DNA of 64,000 nt, from IMG/VR virus record IMGVR_UViG_3300027985_000918, positions 186,001-250,000 of that record. One strand, 5' to 3'. The number at the start of each line of letters is the position of its first letter. Within the stretch, counting starts at the first letter, position 1. The position numbers were made by a program, and so were the translations under genes. The notes below the pieces were generated by a model. The model was not told where the DNA came from. It saw only the letters and a program-made list of their open reading frames with translations, and did not search any database. Shown one piece after another: positions 53,903 to 63,798 of the stretch.

Positions 53903-56900
53903 GTGCGGTCTCCCACCGTGAGCAGCAGGTTTCTGGTCCGGTATACCGCCGCCAGCGTGCGGTTGTCGGAGGGGTCATCCAGGAACAAGATGCTGTTCTG
54001 GTCATCCAGCTCGGCAAACCGGCTGAGGACCACCAGCAGCAGCTCAGACTTCCTGAACAGAATACCCCCATCCACCCCGGCGACATCCTCAACTGCCCTC
54101 ACCAGCATCGGAGCCATGACCTTGTGCCGGGTTGCCCCATGGAGGTGCTGGCTGATAATGGTTGGGCGGTAGGTGCCGATGTCGGCGTAGGGGTAGTACG
54201 CCCGGAACTCAGCGTCCTTGCGGGGCTTCTCATCGTTCCCTGCCCCACCGAACGTCAGGATGTTCTGCACGTCCCCTTGCACGAAAGGATGCAGAGCCAG
54301 GAGCCCCGTGTCAGCGTTGAAGTCGTCGATGGTGACCATAGCCGAAGCAGCGAAATACCACTCCCTCACCGAGGGAGAGGACCCGTCGTTGACCGGGATC
54401 TGGTCCAGAGGAACGGCATAAGGGAAAGCGTTGTGGCTGGCCCCCACACCCACCTGCCCAGTCCACAGGTTCGGGCTCATGAGCAGAGGCTCGACGTTCA
54501 GCGTCGTAGGCAGAGTGCCGCCCGCCGTACTGAGGATGTCCCCCTCCTTGATACCCGCCGTCTGGGGGGCGTTGGAGCGGAAATAGACCCCCACCTGGTA
54601 GCCACCGCCCACCACACCGTAGTTGGGGATAGCGTCCTGGGCGAAATACTGGATCCGGCAGAGGGTCTGCCCCGTCCCTGACAGGTTGCTGGACAGCTTG
54701 ACCAGTCGGCTGGAGCTGCCGAACTCGGTGCTCGCCTCATCCACTGCGGCTGCGGCGGAGGCCACCGTATCGGTCACAGAAGTCTGGTTCGCCATCGGTC
54801 CGCTGCTGGCCCCGAACACCCTTCGGGGGAAGTACAGGTCCGTCCGGTTGCTGCTGACGATGTGCTCCGAAGTCACCGAACCGACGGGGGATCCGTCAGC
54901 CCCTCCGGCGTGAGTCACTGCTCCGTTCGCCACATACTCCAACTGGACTTCTCGGTAGCCGTTGCGGAACCGAGGCTCCAGAAGACCCTCGTAGTCGGCA
55001 GGCCGCTGGGTTGTGCTGGTTTCGATGACGGGTCCAGGCCCCTGCCCGTCCCCGTTGTACACCGTCGCAGAAGGGATGACCTCATGGTCAGGAGTATCGG
55101 TGAGACCCACACCAATAGGGTAGGTCACCTCAAACTCGACAAAGAGGCGACGCTGAGACCCCAAATCGGCAGGATCTACAGGAACCGCTCCCGCAATGTC
55201 GGAACCCACCATAACGTGGTCGATGTTGACCGGGTCCCCACCGTTGACGAGGTTGCTGTTGGCATCGAGAGTGATCTCCACCCTCTGGGTACCCAAACCC
55301 GTGATCACAGAAAGCTGAGCTGCCTGTTCGATCGCTGTGGTGTAATGGCCGTCATCGTGCCAGAAGTTCAAGACGTTCGTGATGACCGTCCCCGGGGGGG
55401 CAAAGTCGGCAAACGTGCTGGGCAGACCCAGGGCCGAAGCCCCACCCCCATCTTCCCCGTGCCAGAAACTCCCCAGAGTCGAGACATCAAGCTGGGTGAG
55501 GTCGAGTACGAGGGTATCTCCCTCGTACCAGGCGTCGGCGTCAGCCACCACAGCGGCGGGGTTTTCGTATTTCGTGACGAACTTTCCCAGGTTCTCCAGT
55601 CCCGGGGCCACTGCCCCACCCTGCGTCAGGGCATCCGGGCGATCCCCTGGGTAAAACGCCACCACCAGACGTTCCACCACCGGCTGATCTGCGAATCGCC
55701 GAGCAACGTGGTCGAAGTTTCGGATGGGCTCCCCCCTGGTCGTATCCCCCGAGAAGGGCGGATTGCCTCCGTCCGCCTGAAGTCTCCCGATCTCGTTGCA
55801 GACCAAGAACCGGGTCGAGACATCCCCCGAGTCGCCCCCGAGGATCTGCTTGTCGGCAGTGTCCACGGACCAGGTCCGCAGAGAGCCATCCATGAGGCTC
55901 TGCATCTGGTACTGAAGCTCAGCGGCCAGATCCACCCCTGGGAACACAACATGACGGCGGAGATCCAGGAGGTTATCCTGATTGATGACATCACAGAAGT
56001 GGCCGTCAGGGCGGTCGGACTCCCCAGCAGGGATGGCCCCCAAAGCCCCGGAATACCCCCCGTGCCCATAGGTAGGAGCCCCGTTGGTGTTGTTGATGGG
56101 GTCGAACCCCTTGAACCCCACCGGAGCATCGGAGGCGTTGTTGTGGCGGTGGACGAAGCAGATGGGGATAGCGTACACGAACCCATCCACCGTGCCAAGG
56201 GCTTGGGCCGATCCATCCGTGCCGTCTCCGGCGATCCAGAGACCGTCGTCCACCACCTCGAAGGACCCAGCATCCGAATCCAGCCACGTCGAACTACCAT
56301 CCGCCCGGACAAAGGGGAACGACAGGGTATCCACCCCGTTTCCCGACCATACCGGAATGGACCTGCCACCCTGAGCGAACACGGAAGCGTCGCTCGGACC
56401 TCCCCCTGCCCGCAAGCTGGAGAAGCCATCCGGGTGGGTCTTGTAGTTGACCTGCTCGGTCACGTCCGTCGTGCGGATGCGGTACTGAAGCTGGATGCGT
56501 TGGCTCGTCTCGGTGTCGATGGTGGGGTCCACCAAATCGTCATCCACCCAGACGTAGGAAGGGCTGAGGACGTTGCCGTGCCGGTACAGCTTGTCCTGGG
56601 CATCTCCGGGCTTGTTGGGTCGGTCTTCCCCTCCCGAGAGGGCAGGTCCCGAAATGACCATCGAGCCCACCACCGCAGTCGTAAGGGTGATGGTGGTGAA
56701 GTTTCCTGTCGGTGGAACCGCCAGGGCATCACCCACGCCAACCACAATCGACTTGATGACGACCGTGTTGCCGTAGCTTCGCCCCACCACCATCGTGGCG
56801 AAGCTGTTCCCGGAGTCGTTCAAGGCAGCAGCGATGTTGATGGCCGTAACAGCCTCATCCACCCCAATCTCGAACTCATCCACCCCGGCAGGGCCTACCA

Positions 56901-57600
56901 CAGCAGTGAGGGGCACTCCATTGATAGTGAGTACGTCTCCCGCAGTAACGTCAGCGTTGGAGACCACTTGGATGTACCCGCCGGCCCTCGGACTCGGAGC
57001 CACCAGAGCCTTCCACACCTCCAAGAAGACAAAGTCCGTCCGCTTGACAGTGGCGTTGGTCCCATCGTAGAGGGTGGCCTCTGCCAGCTCAACGATGTTC
57101 CAGCCGGGGATACCCGTGTTCGTGTACTCCACCACCACTGGCCGGCCCGCTACATGAGCCACCAGCTTGGGGAGGACGAACGAGTTGATCAGGGTTCCGT
57201 CTGGCCCGATGAGATCTTCGGGATCACCGATGGAGGTCCCCACGGAACCCACGGATCCCCCCATAGATCCTGTTGAACCCCCTACGCTCCCCCCATCGAT
57301 CAACTCGTCAGGGGAGGTTTCGGTGTAGAAGTCGCAGTACCCGTCGTGCCGGGCCTGACCCCTCAACCACCCGGAGGGGGCCTGCCACTGTCGCAGCAGC
57401 CAGTTCTCCAGAAACCGGGCGTCCTGGCTGAGGTTCAGCTCGGCGTCGAGGACGGGCTTGCCTGCCTCAGACACCACCCCCGTGATCGCACGATCCCCAG
57501 GTCGAGCGTGCCGAGACACGGTGTTCGGAACCCGCAGATCAGTCGGCGTCGGGGCAGACTGAAGCTCCGAGAAAAATTTCGTGTGGTCCTTCAAGCCCAT
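53893..57600 (-). CDS. Virion structural protein (1235 aa), paralogue of 36798..43142
   Basis: Shared blocks: GKPVLDAELN, RTDFVFLEVW, ETSQRIQLQYRIR, LGTVDGFVYAIPIC, RPDG..DLRR. Confidence 0.75.
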   Translation of the reverse strand: MGLKDHTKFFSELQSAPTPTDLRVPNTVSRHARPGDRAITGVVSEAGKPVLDAELNLSQDARFLENWLLRQWQAPSGWLRGQARHDGYCDFYTETSPDELIDGGSVGGSTGSMGGSVGSVGTSIGDPEDLIGPDGTLINSFVLPKLVAHVAGRPVVVEYTNTGIPGWNIVELAEATLYDGTNATVKRTDFVFLEVWKALVAPSPRAGGYIQVVSNADVTAGDVLTINGVPLTAVVGPAGVDEFEIGVDEAVTAINIAAALNDSGNSFATMVVGRSYGNTVVIKSIVVGVGDALAVPPTGNFTTITLTTAVVGSMVISGPALSGGEDRPNKPGDAQDKLYRHGNVLSPSYVWVDDDLVDPTIDTETSQRIQLQYRIRTTDVTEQVNYKTHPDGFSSLRAGGGPSDASVFAQGGRSIPVWSGNGVDTLSFPFVRADGSSTWLDSDAGSFEVVDDGLWIAGDGTDGSAQALGTVDGFVYAIPICFVHRHNNASDAPVGFKGFDPINNTNGAPTYGHGGYSGALGAIPAGESDRPDGHFCDVINQDNLLDLRRHVVFPGVDLAAELQYQMQSLMDGSLRTWSVDTADKQILGGDSGDVSTRFLVCNEIGRLQADGGNPPFSGDTTRGEPIRNFDHVARRFADQPVVERLVVAFYPGDRPDALTQGGAVAPGLENLGKFVTKYENPAAVVADADAWYEGDTLVLDLTQLDVSTLGSFWHGEDGGGASALGLPSTFADFAPPGTVITNVLNFWHDDGHYTTAIEQAAQLSVITGLGTQRVEITLDANSNLVNGGDPVNIDHVMVGSDIAGAVPVDPADLGSQRRLFVEFEVTYPIGVGLTDTPDHEVIPSATVYNGDGQGPGPVIETSTTQRPADYEGLLEPRFRNGYREVQLEYVANGAVTHAGGADGSPVGSVTSEHIVSSNRTDLYFPRRVFGASSGPMANQTSVTDTVASAAAAVDEASTEFGSSSRLVKLSSNLSGTGQTLCRIQYFAQDAIPNYGVVGGGYQVGVYFRSNAPQTAGIKEGDILSTAGGTLPTTLNVEPLLMSPNLWTGQVGVGASHNAFPYAVPLDQIPVNDGSSPSVREWYFAASAMVTIDDFNADTGLLALHPFVQGDVQNILTFGGAGNDEKPRKDAEFRAYYPYADIGTYRPTIISQHLHGATRHKVMAPMLVRAVEDVAGVDGGILFRKSELLLVVLSRFAELDDQNSILFLDDPSDNRTLAAVYRTRNLLLTVGDRTCL

Positions 57601-57611
57601 CCGTCAAGTCC

Positions 57612-58265
57612 TCAGAACGTGAGCCGCCAGGTGATGGCGAGCACTGCATTCGCTGGCTTCGTGACCACGGAGAAGGTCAAGTAGTTGACCATCAAGTCTT
57701 TCCCCGTCACGTCGATGGAGTTGTCGTAGTCCGTCGGGCCATTGGTGATTGGGTTCTTGATCGTGGGGTTCAGGGAGGCAGTGCTCATGAGCCCCATCTC
57801 GTTCAACGGACCCACCGCCTCAGACTCCCCGAAAACTGTAGTGAAATCCACAATGTGAGTCGGGTACGACACGGCCACCCCGGAACCGTTGCGGTAGGTT
57901 GACGAAGAGAACGCCTTACGGGCGATCTCGTTGTTCAGCCTCCGTTGGCCCTGCTGAGGGGCATCTGGCGACAAGAGGTTACCTGTGGCCCCCGTCCCCA
58001 CAGCCAGCATCGTCACGCCGTTGCTCTGAGTGGAGCTGGGATCAAGGGAGTTGCGAAACAGGCGGGCCGCCAGGATGCCAGCGTCGTAGGTGATGATGTT
58101 GTCCTTGACCTGACGGTGCAGGATCTCACCCGTATCAGCATCCCACATCTCGATGATGAAAGTACCCTTGGCGTTCCCCGTGAGGCCCACCTGCTCGTGA
58201 TGCTTGAGTTCCATGCCTACCTTCACCGCTGTGCGGGCCTGTTCCATCTGCTCTCGGAACAACAT
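57612..58265 (-). CDS. Tail/baseplate protein resembling tail-fibre attachment (collar-type) domains
   Basis: DNIITYDAG..MLAVGTG..LNNEIARK..FTTVFGESEAVGPLNEMGL..YLTFSVVTK..LAITWRLTF. Confidence 0.7.
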   Translation of the reverse strand: MLFREQMEQARTAVKVGMELKHHEQVGLTGNAKGTFIIEMWDADTGEILHRQVKDNIITYDAGILAARLFRNSLDPSSTQSNGVTMLAVGTGATGNLLSPDAPQQGQRRLNNEIARKAFSSSTYRNGSGVAVSYPTHIVDFTTVFGESEAVGPLNEMGLMSTASLNPTIKNPITNGPTDYDNSIDVTGKDLMVNYLTFSVVTKPANAVLAITWRLTF

Positions 58266-58293
58266 GACGCCTCCGCCAAGATCCGGCTCATAG

Positions 58294-61200
58294 TCACTGT
58301 ACCGGGATAAGGCCCGAAGGAATCCCCTGCGATCCGTCGAGTGGGATGATCTGACCCGAGTTTGTGATTAGTGCTGCCAACACCTGCATATTGACCAGCG
58401 GGTGCAGCGGGGTGCTGTTGAGGACCCCTGCCAATGCGGGGACATGGCCGGCATAGACGTGCTCGGCAGAATCGACAGGCCCCGCATGGGCCCCACCGGC
58501 TGCGAACAGGATGGATCCAGGCATCCCCCTGTCCGTGAAGGGCTGATTCCTCCGAGCATCCTCCCAGAACAAGGTGCCGCTCAGGTCCACGACGAACCCG
58601 CCGAAGGGCTTACCCACCTTGCCGACTGCCTCCCCACTGGAGTCGTAGACGTCCTCCCCCTCGTCCAGATTGAACCCGCTGATCCCATCCAGTTCGGTGG
58701 CCTCGCAGGGGAACTGGATGAGCCCCGTCTCCCCACCGTTGTCCACCTCGAAGAACGTCATCTGCTCGTAGTAGGTGGGCTGATCGTTGTCGTTATCGGG
58801 AGCCGCATGGTCGAGGAACCTGTCAGGATCTCCCAACACGTTGGCAGAGAGAGAAACCTCGGGGTCATCCAGAAGCCGGAGGTCATTGGCGACGGCCACC
58901 CTCTTCCCCGTTTGAGCTACCTGGCTCTTGGGGTACGGCGGAGTCCGCTCATTCAACTTCGTGAGGCTGTCCAGGAACTCCTGGCCCTGAAGGTAGGTGA
59001 CCGTAACCGGCTTCCCGGGAAAAAACACCACAGACACCTGGGCATGGGCCGTCGAAAATGTCCGAGGATTCCCATCCCTGTCGGGCTGAAGGGTCAGGGT
59101 CTGGCTGGTGAAGTCGAAGTCCCACATCTCATCGGTGAAGATCTGCTCCCCGACAGGCTTACCCGTGTCCACCACCTTGTAAACCCGGCTAGCGTAGATG
59201 TGGAAAGGCTTCAGCGTGACCCGGCGGCTGTCCAGGGTCACAGTCTCGACCGTCTCCAGAATCGTGTCCTGGGTCAGTTCCCCAGATGTGATGATGTTGA
59301 ACTTGTTCAGCACCATCATCTCAGGCTGCTTAATGTCATCCTTCCAGTGGCGGTAGATCTCGTACTGGAATTCGCTCCAGTAGCTCTGGGCCACGTCTTG
59401 GCCAAAGTGACCGAACCTCACCATCCCGAACCGATTATCCGTCAGCTTGGGGAGCAGACCGTACTCGACATTGATCCAAGCTGCCGAAGGTTCCACCTTC
59501 CGGGTATGGAAGCCGGTACCAGCGGCGCTGGACTCCCCTTGGTAGGTGTTCGGGAGGGAGAGATCTGGCCTCAACACAGAGGCTCCCCACAGAGGATCGA
59601 GGACAACCCTCACATCCATGTCGGATCGCCAGTCCCACTCGACCACCTGAGCCGTCGGGGAGCTGTTCGGAACCGAGGTCCCATCCATCCGGGGGACCTT
59701 GTAATCGTTGATTTCGGCACCCCCCGAGTTCGTCCGCACCCCCAAAGTCCTCTTGACCGAGGACAGCGGGATAGCCTGATTGCTGGCAGCCCTCCATTCC
59801 ACCGAAGCAGCAATGGCCGGATCGCCAGCCCCGTTGATGTCGGTGCCGAAAGAACCCAGGGACATGTACGTGTTCCCGGATCCCGGGGCCGTGAACAAGG
59901 ACATGTCCAGCGTAGACCGGAGCACCCCGTCCACATATGTCAGCAGGGTGTTCGAGTAAGTGTCCGCCACGCACCGGAAGATGTGGTATTCGCCGTCCGT
60001 CCAGTCAAAATCGAACTGCCCGATGATGGACGTGCCGCTGACCAGACGAACTCCCGGGGTGGACCCTCCACGAAGAGTGAGGGTGATGGCCTTGTAGGGG
60101 GCAGAACCCACCTCGGCCGTCATCTCGATGCCGGTGTCCCCGTTGGCGTTGGCCGTGTGCGAGGGCACGGCTACCTGCATCTCAAAGACACGCCCCGTCG
60201 AGGCGTATGCCAGAGAGCCCCCCAACTCTCCAAGCCAGCCCCCTTCCCCAGTCGTCAGGAACGACTGCTGGTAGAAGGTCTTGGACAAAGAAAAACCCGT
60301 GGTATTCGTCCATCCCTGGGCCGTCGGGTCGAGAAGTCCCGTGAAAATCACTTCGGGCATTTCGACCAGCAACCGCTCGGCCCCCCCCTCCACATACAGC
60401 AGATTGTGGAGGCTCACCCGCCGCTGGCCGTTGGTGATCCCAATTTCCGTTTCGCCACCGGACTCCACCCGGAACACGGCACGGAGATCCACACCTGCCT
60501 CGGGGGTCAGGAATGCCTCAAGCCGACCATAGCCAAAGCGGTTCCCTGACGTGGACTTCAGCAGCATCCCCGAGCCAACAAGAGTGCTCGACCCAAAAGC
60601 ACTCTCCAAAGCCCAGCCGAAATCATCCGGGTTCTCGTCAGGCCGATACTGGGCCAGGTCCGTGCGGACAGTCTGCACATGGCCACGGACCGAAGCCGTA
60701 TCCGGTGTCACACCGTATCGGAAGAAGGACCACTCCGCTTCGTTGCTGGCCTGCTGACTGAAGGAACCCCAAAATACAGAACCCCAGGACTCAGGCCCTC
60801 CCTGTTTCACTGGAGGAGGAAGGAATGCCGAAGTCTCTGCGGGACTCGGAAGAAGAACCCCCACCCCGTCAAAACTCGTGACAGTGGTGGTGCGCTCCCC
60901 GGACATCTGGAGGACTGCGGTCTCCTGGGAGGGACTGACCGTCAGCCTGTAGGTTGCCGGCTTGACAGACCACTTAGTCTCGAATAGGGCATTCGGGAAC
61001 TTGTTGCCATACAGGTCATGGAAAGCCGGGAACGAGGGGGTTACCCCCAACGTCGTAGTGCCGTCCGTCTGGTTGACCACACTGGTCAGGGTGTAAACTC
61101 CTGCCTGAGTCCCCTCCAGAATCTGGAACCGATCCCCCACGGTGGCATCCTGCGGGATGCCGCTGGTTGAGACCGTGCAGGTACTCTGGCCAGCATTGAC

Positions 61201-63744
61201 CGTCAGTGTAGTCCCCGGCCCGATCTGCCAACTCTCCACCAGGTGGGGCTTGTCGGGATTGAGGCACAGCCCCACATGCTCCAGGCCGTTGACCAGGAGT
61301 GCGCCCGCCAAGTACAGGGTCCGGGCGTTATGCAGGCCGAACCCCACCCCAGTCCAGACACCGTCCGGGACAGGAGTCCCAGAGACCACGAACCTCCCCA
61401 CCACGTAGACCGAAGCGGGGAAACTCAAATCCAGCGCCCGGCTGTACAGGGCCACCGGAGGGTTGTCGATGTCTGGGTTGCCTGCCACAGCGTCGATGAC
61501 CGTGTAGGTCCCAGTGCTGGCGTTCTGCTGTCCGGCATCCGATCCGAACAACATCCAGGGATCAGGGGCTGCCTGCGGAGTCGTGGTGCCATCAAAAGAC
61601 ACGGCCGCTTCCGTAGTGCCGTGAACGAACCCGGGCACCTGGTAGCGATTCGGGTGGTTGTTCAGCCTCAACGTGGTGGGGCTGTTCAGGATGGCGCTGT
61701 AGGCCCTCTCGAACCCAAGGTAACGATGAGCAATAAACTTCGGAGTAGGCCGAGACTTCAGAGGCCCCAACAGGATGGTGTACGGGAACCGCTGAGTCGG
61801 AGCCGACCCCTTTGGGTAATCTGGGAGGTCCTGATTCTCCTGCCCTCTCCCCACAGGATTGTGATGGCCACGGGGGGAGTCATACTTGTTCAGTACCAAG
61901 CCCTTCGTGTTCAGCCCACGGAACGCCATCCTGGGGCTGGCCATCCACTGATAGTTCACGTCCACACTGATACTGCCCGGGGGCATGAGTGGGACGGGGA
62001 TAACGGTTTCGACTCGTCCGGTGTACGGGTTGACCTGGGAGACCTCAACGGCTGTGCCATTTACCTCAACGGTAACATCGGCTTTCGTCGCAGGAGTCCC
62101 ATCCCCGTGTCCCTTGACCAGGGGGCCTCTCTTAGTCTCCAGCCAGCTCTTCGTCAGGGCTTCCGAGCCGGTAAAAAGGCTGGACTCTTCGTGCAGGAAG
62201 TTCCAAGCCCCGGAGAAGATCGTGGAGCTAGCCGTGAGATGCAGCCGGCTCAAATCCAGGATGATGGGATCCACCAGAGAAGTGGTATTGGATGCTACCA
62301 GGGCGACCACTGAAGTAGTCGGGGTGGCCGGGGGCCTCAGATTCGCCAAGGGGGTGGCGTACACGGGCTGCTCGTCGAACAGCCAAACAGCCTGCCCCAG
62401 CTTCTGGTTGTACACGATGGACAGGGTGTGGGACCCCGAAGTCCAGTCGTACCCATAGAGAACCTGGCTGAAACCTCCAGGCCCAGTGTGGATCAGAAGA
62501 TACGGCGCTCCCATGACGCCGTCGTAACCACACCACAGGTCCGCTTCGGTTTGGTTCGTGTCCAGAAACCCGAGCCCGAACACATCCACCGCCAGAGCGG
62601 CCGGGGTGAACGACACCCTCTCAAAGTTCAGGTCCACCCGGAGGCTAGAGCCTGTTGCAGGCCTTCCCGTCAGGTCCACAAACCCGAGCCCCGAATAGCC
62701 TGGAGCTGGAGACAGAGTCAGGCGGTAATTGCCTCCCGACATCTCCCCTGAAGCCCCACTGCCGATCAGGATCGGCAGATAGTCCGGGCTGGAAATGGTC
62801 GTAGGGTCCCCGTCCTCAGCATCCCAATCCACCGAGAACGCAGGGGACAAACGGCTCCGGTACAGGATGGATGTCTGCCCGAGCGTCCGGATCTCCACCT
62901 TCTTGCTGTCCCCCTCGAAGGGGAACGTGACCTCTTGGGCTGTCAGTTCCACGGGATAAGGTGGAGTGACCCCTCGGGCATCCTCGAATCCCCACTCGTC
63001 AGTACTCAGGATCGTCTTGTGGGGATTGTCCGAAGGAGATGTGGGATACTCCGCCACCGGCAGCATCTCCTGATCGAACGTGACCAAGAGCTTGTTCCCC
63101 GCCGTGGGGACGATGGTATGGGCAGGGGCCTCCCCTCGGGTTAGGATGGAGATCTCACTGGCCTGAGCGGGGTTCCCACCCAGGTCTACCGGGCCATCTA
63201 CCCTCAGCGTGTAGGTTCCGCCGAGAGTGGTTCCCGTGTGCGTGAGAATGACTGAAGTCACCTCCGACACATAATCCCCAGCCGCCACATCGGTGGTCCC
63301 CACGTTACCCACCCGGACATTGGAGACAACAGAGGGCGCCCCCGTCACAGGGATGAGGATGTAGCTGGAAGGGTCCAAAAGGGCGGGGGCCCCGGGCTGC
63401 ATTCCCTCGGAGAAGAACACCTCAATCTCGAACCCGTTGAGGCTCAAAGCAGAACTGACCTGCGGAGCAACCACATCCGTGGAGCCGTAGCTCCCGAGGC
63501 CGTAAGGGTCACCACCATAGCCCCCGGTCACCGCTAGCGGGCTTGTCGGCCAGTTGGAAGCCCCCCCGTAGGCCCCCAAACCGTAGCCAGTCTCGCCCCA
63601 GATGTCGGAGTACAGGCCATAATCCACGCCGCCGTACCCGGCGCCAGGTGGATGCGGGACGCACGCCAGCGTCCCCCCTTCGATGGGGAAGGGGCCGAAC
63701 CCGAAGGGGCTCTGGGAGAAGCAGACGCTGGGATCGGTGCTCAA
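58294..63744 (-). CDS. Large baseplate/virion protein (1816 aa) with Ig-like domains and Gly/Tyr-rich N-terminus
   Basis: TTG start with GGAGG RBS; GYGG repeats; APQVSSA..IEVFFSEGM and LLVTFDQEM are Ig-like segments. Confidence 0.7.
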   Translation of the reverse strand: MSTDPSVCFSQSPFGFGPFPIEGGTLACVPHPPGAGYGGVDYGLYSDIWGETGYGLGAYGGASNWPTSPLAVTGGYGGDPYGLGSYGSTDVVAPQVSSALSLNGFEIEVFFSEGMQPGAPALLDPSSYILIPVTGAPSVVSNVRVGNVGTTDVAAGDYVSEVTSVILTHTGTTLGGTYTLRVDGPVDLGGNPAQASEISILTRGEAPAHTIVPTAGNKLLVTFDQEMLPVAEYPTSPSDNPHKTILSTDEWGFEDARGVTPPYPVELTAQEVTFPFEGDSKKVEIRTLGQTSILYRSRLSPAFSVDWDAEDGDPTTISSPDYLPILIGSGASGEMSGGNYRLTLSPAPGYSGLGFVDLTGRPATGSSLRVDLNFERVSFTPAALAVDVFGLGFLDTNQTEADLWCGYDGVMGAPYLLIHTGPGGFSQVLYGYDWTSGSHTLSIVYNQKLGQAVWLFDEQPVYATPLANLRPPATPTTSVVALVASNTTSLVDPIILDLSRLHLTASSTIFSGAWNFLHEESSLFTGSEALTKSWLETKRGPLVKGHGDGTPATKADVTVEVNGTAVEVSQVNPYTGRVETVIPVPLMPPGSISVDVNYQWMASPRMAFRGLNTKGLVLNKYDSPRGHHNPVGRGQENQDLPDYPKGSAPTQRFPYTILLGPLKSRPTPKFIAHRYLGFERAYSAILNSPTTLRLNNHPNRYQVPGFVHGTTEAAVSFDGTTTPQAAPDPWMLFGSDAGQQNASTGTYTVIDAVAGNPDIDNPPVALYSRALDLSFPASVYVVGRFVVSGTPVPDGVWTGVGFGLHNARTLYLAGALLVNGLEHVGLCLNPDKPHLVESWQIGPGTTLTVNAGQSTCTVSTSGIPQDATVGDRFQILEGTQAGVYTLTSVVNQTDGTTTLGVTPSFPAFHDLYGNKFPNALFETKWSVKPATYRLTVSPSQETAVLQMSGERTTTVTSFDGVGVLLPSPAETSAFLPPPVKQGGPESWGSVFWGSFSQQASNEAEWSFFRYGVTPDTASVRGHVQTVRTDLAQYRPDENPDDFGWALESAFGSSTLVGSGMLLKSTSGNRFGYGRLEAFLTPEAGVDLRAVFRVESGGETEIGITNGQRRVSLHNLLYVEGGAERLLVEMPEVIFTGLLDPTAQGWTNTTGFSLSKTFYQQSFLTTGEGGWLGELGGSLAYASTGRVFEMQVAVPSHTANANGDTGIEMTAEVGSAPYKAITLTLRGGSTPGVRLVSGTSIIGQFDFDWTDGEYHIFRCVADTYSNTLLTYVDGVLRSTLDMSLFTAPGSGNTYMSLGSFGTDINGAGDPAIAASVEWRAASNQAIPLSSVKRTLGVRTNSGGAEINDYKVPRMDGTSVPNSSPTAQVVEWDWRSDMDVRVVLDPLWGASVLRPDLSLPNTYQGESSAAGTGFHTRKVEPSAAWINVEYGLLPKLTDNRFGMVRFGHFGQDVAQSYWSEFQYEIYRHWKDDIKQPEMMVLNKFNIITSGELTQDTILETVETVTLDSRRVTLKPFHIYASRVYKVVDTGKPVGEQIFTDEMWDFDFTSQTLTLQPDRDGNPRTFSTAHAQVSVVFFPGKPVTVTYLQGQEFLDSLTKLNERTPPYPKSQVAQTGKRVAVANDLRLLDDPEVSLSANVLGDPDRFLDHAAPDNDNDQPTYYEQMTFFEVDNGGETGLIQFPCEATELDGISGFNLDEGEDVYDSSGEAVGKVGKPFGGFVVDLSGTLFWEDARRNQPFTDRGMPGSILFAAGGAHAGPVDSAEHVYAGHVPALAGVLNSTPLHPLVNMQVLAALITNSGQIIPLDGSQGIPSGLIPVQ

Positions 63745-63798
63745 GGGGCTACCTCCATGCCTACCGTACCGGACTCATACGGGAGACCGGCGGCGGCA

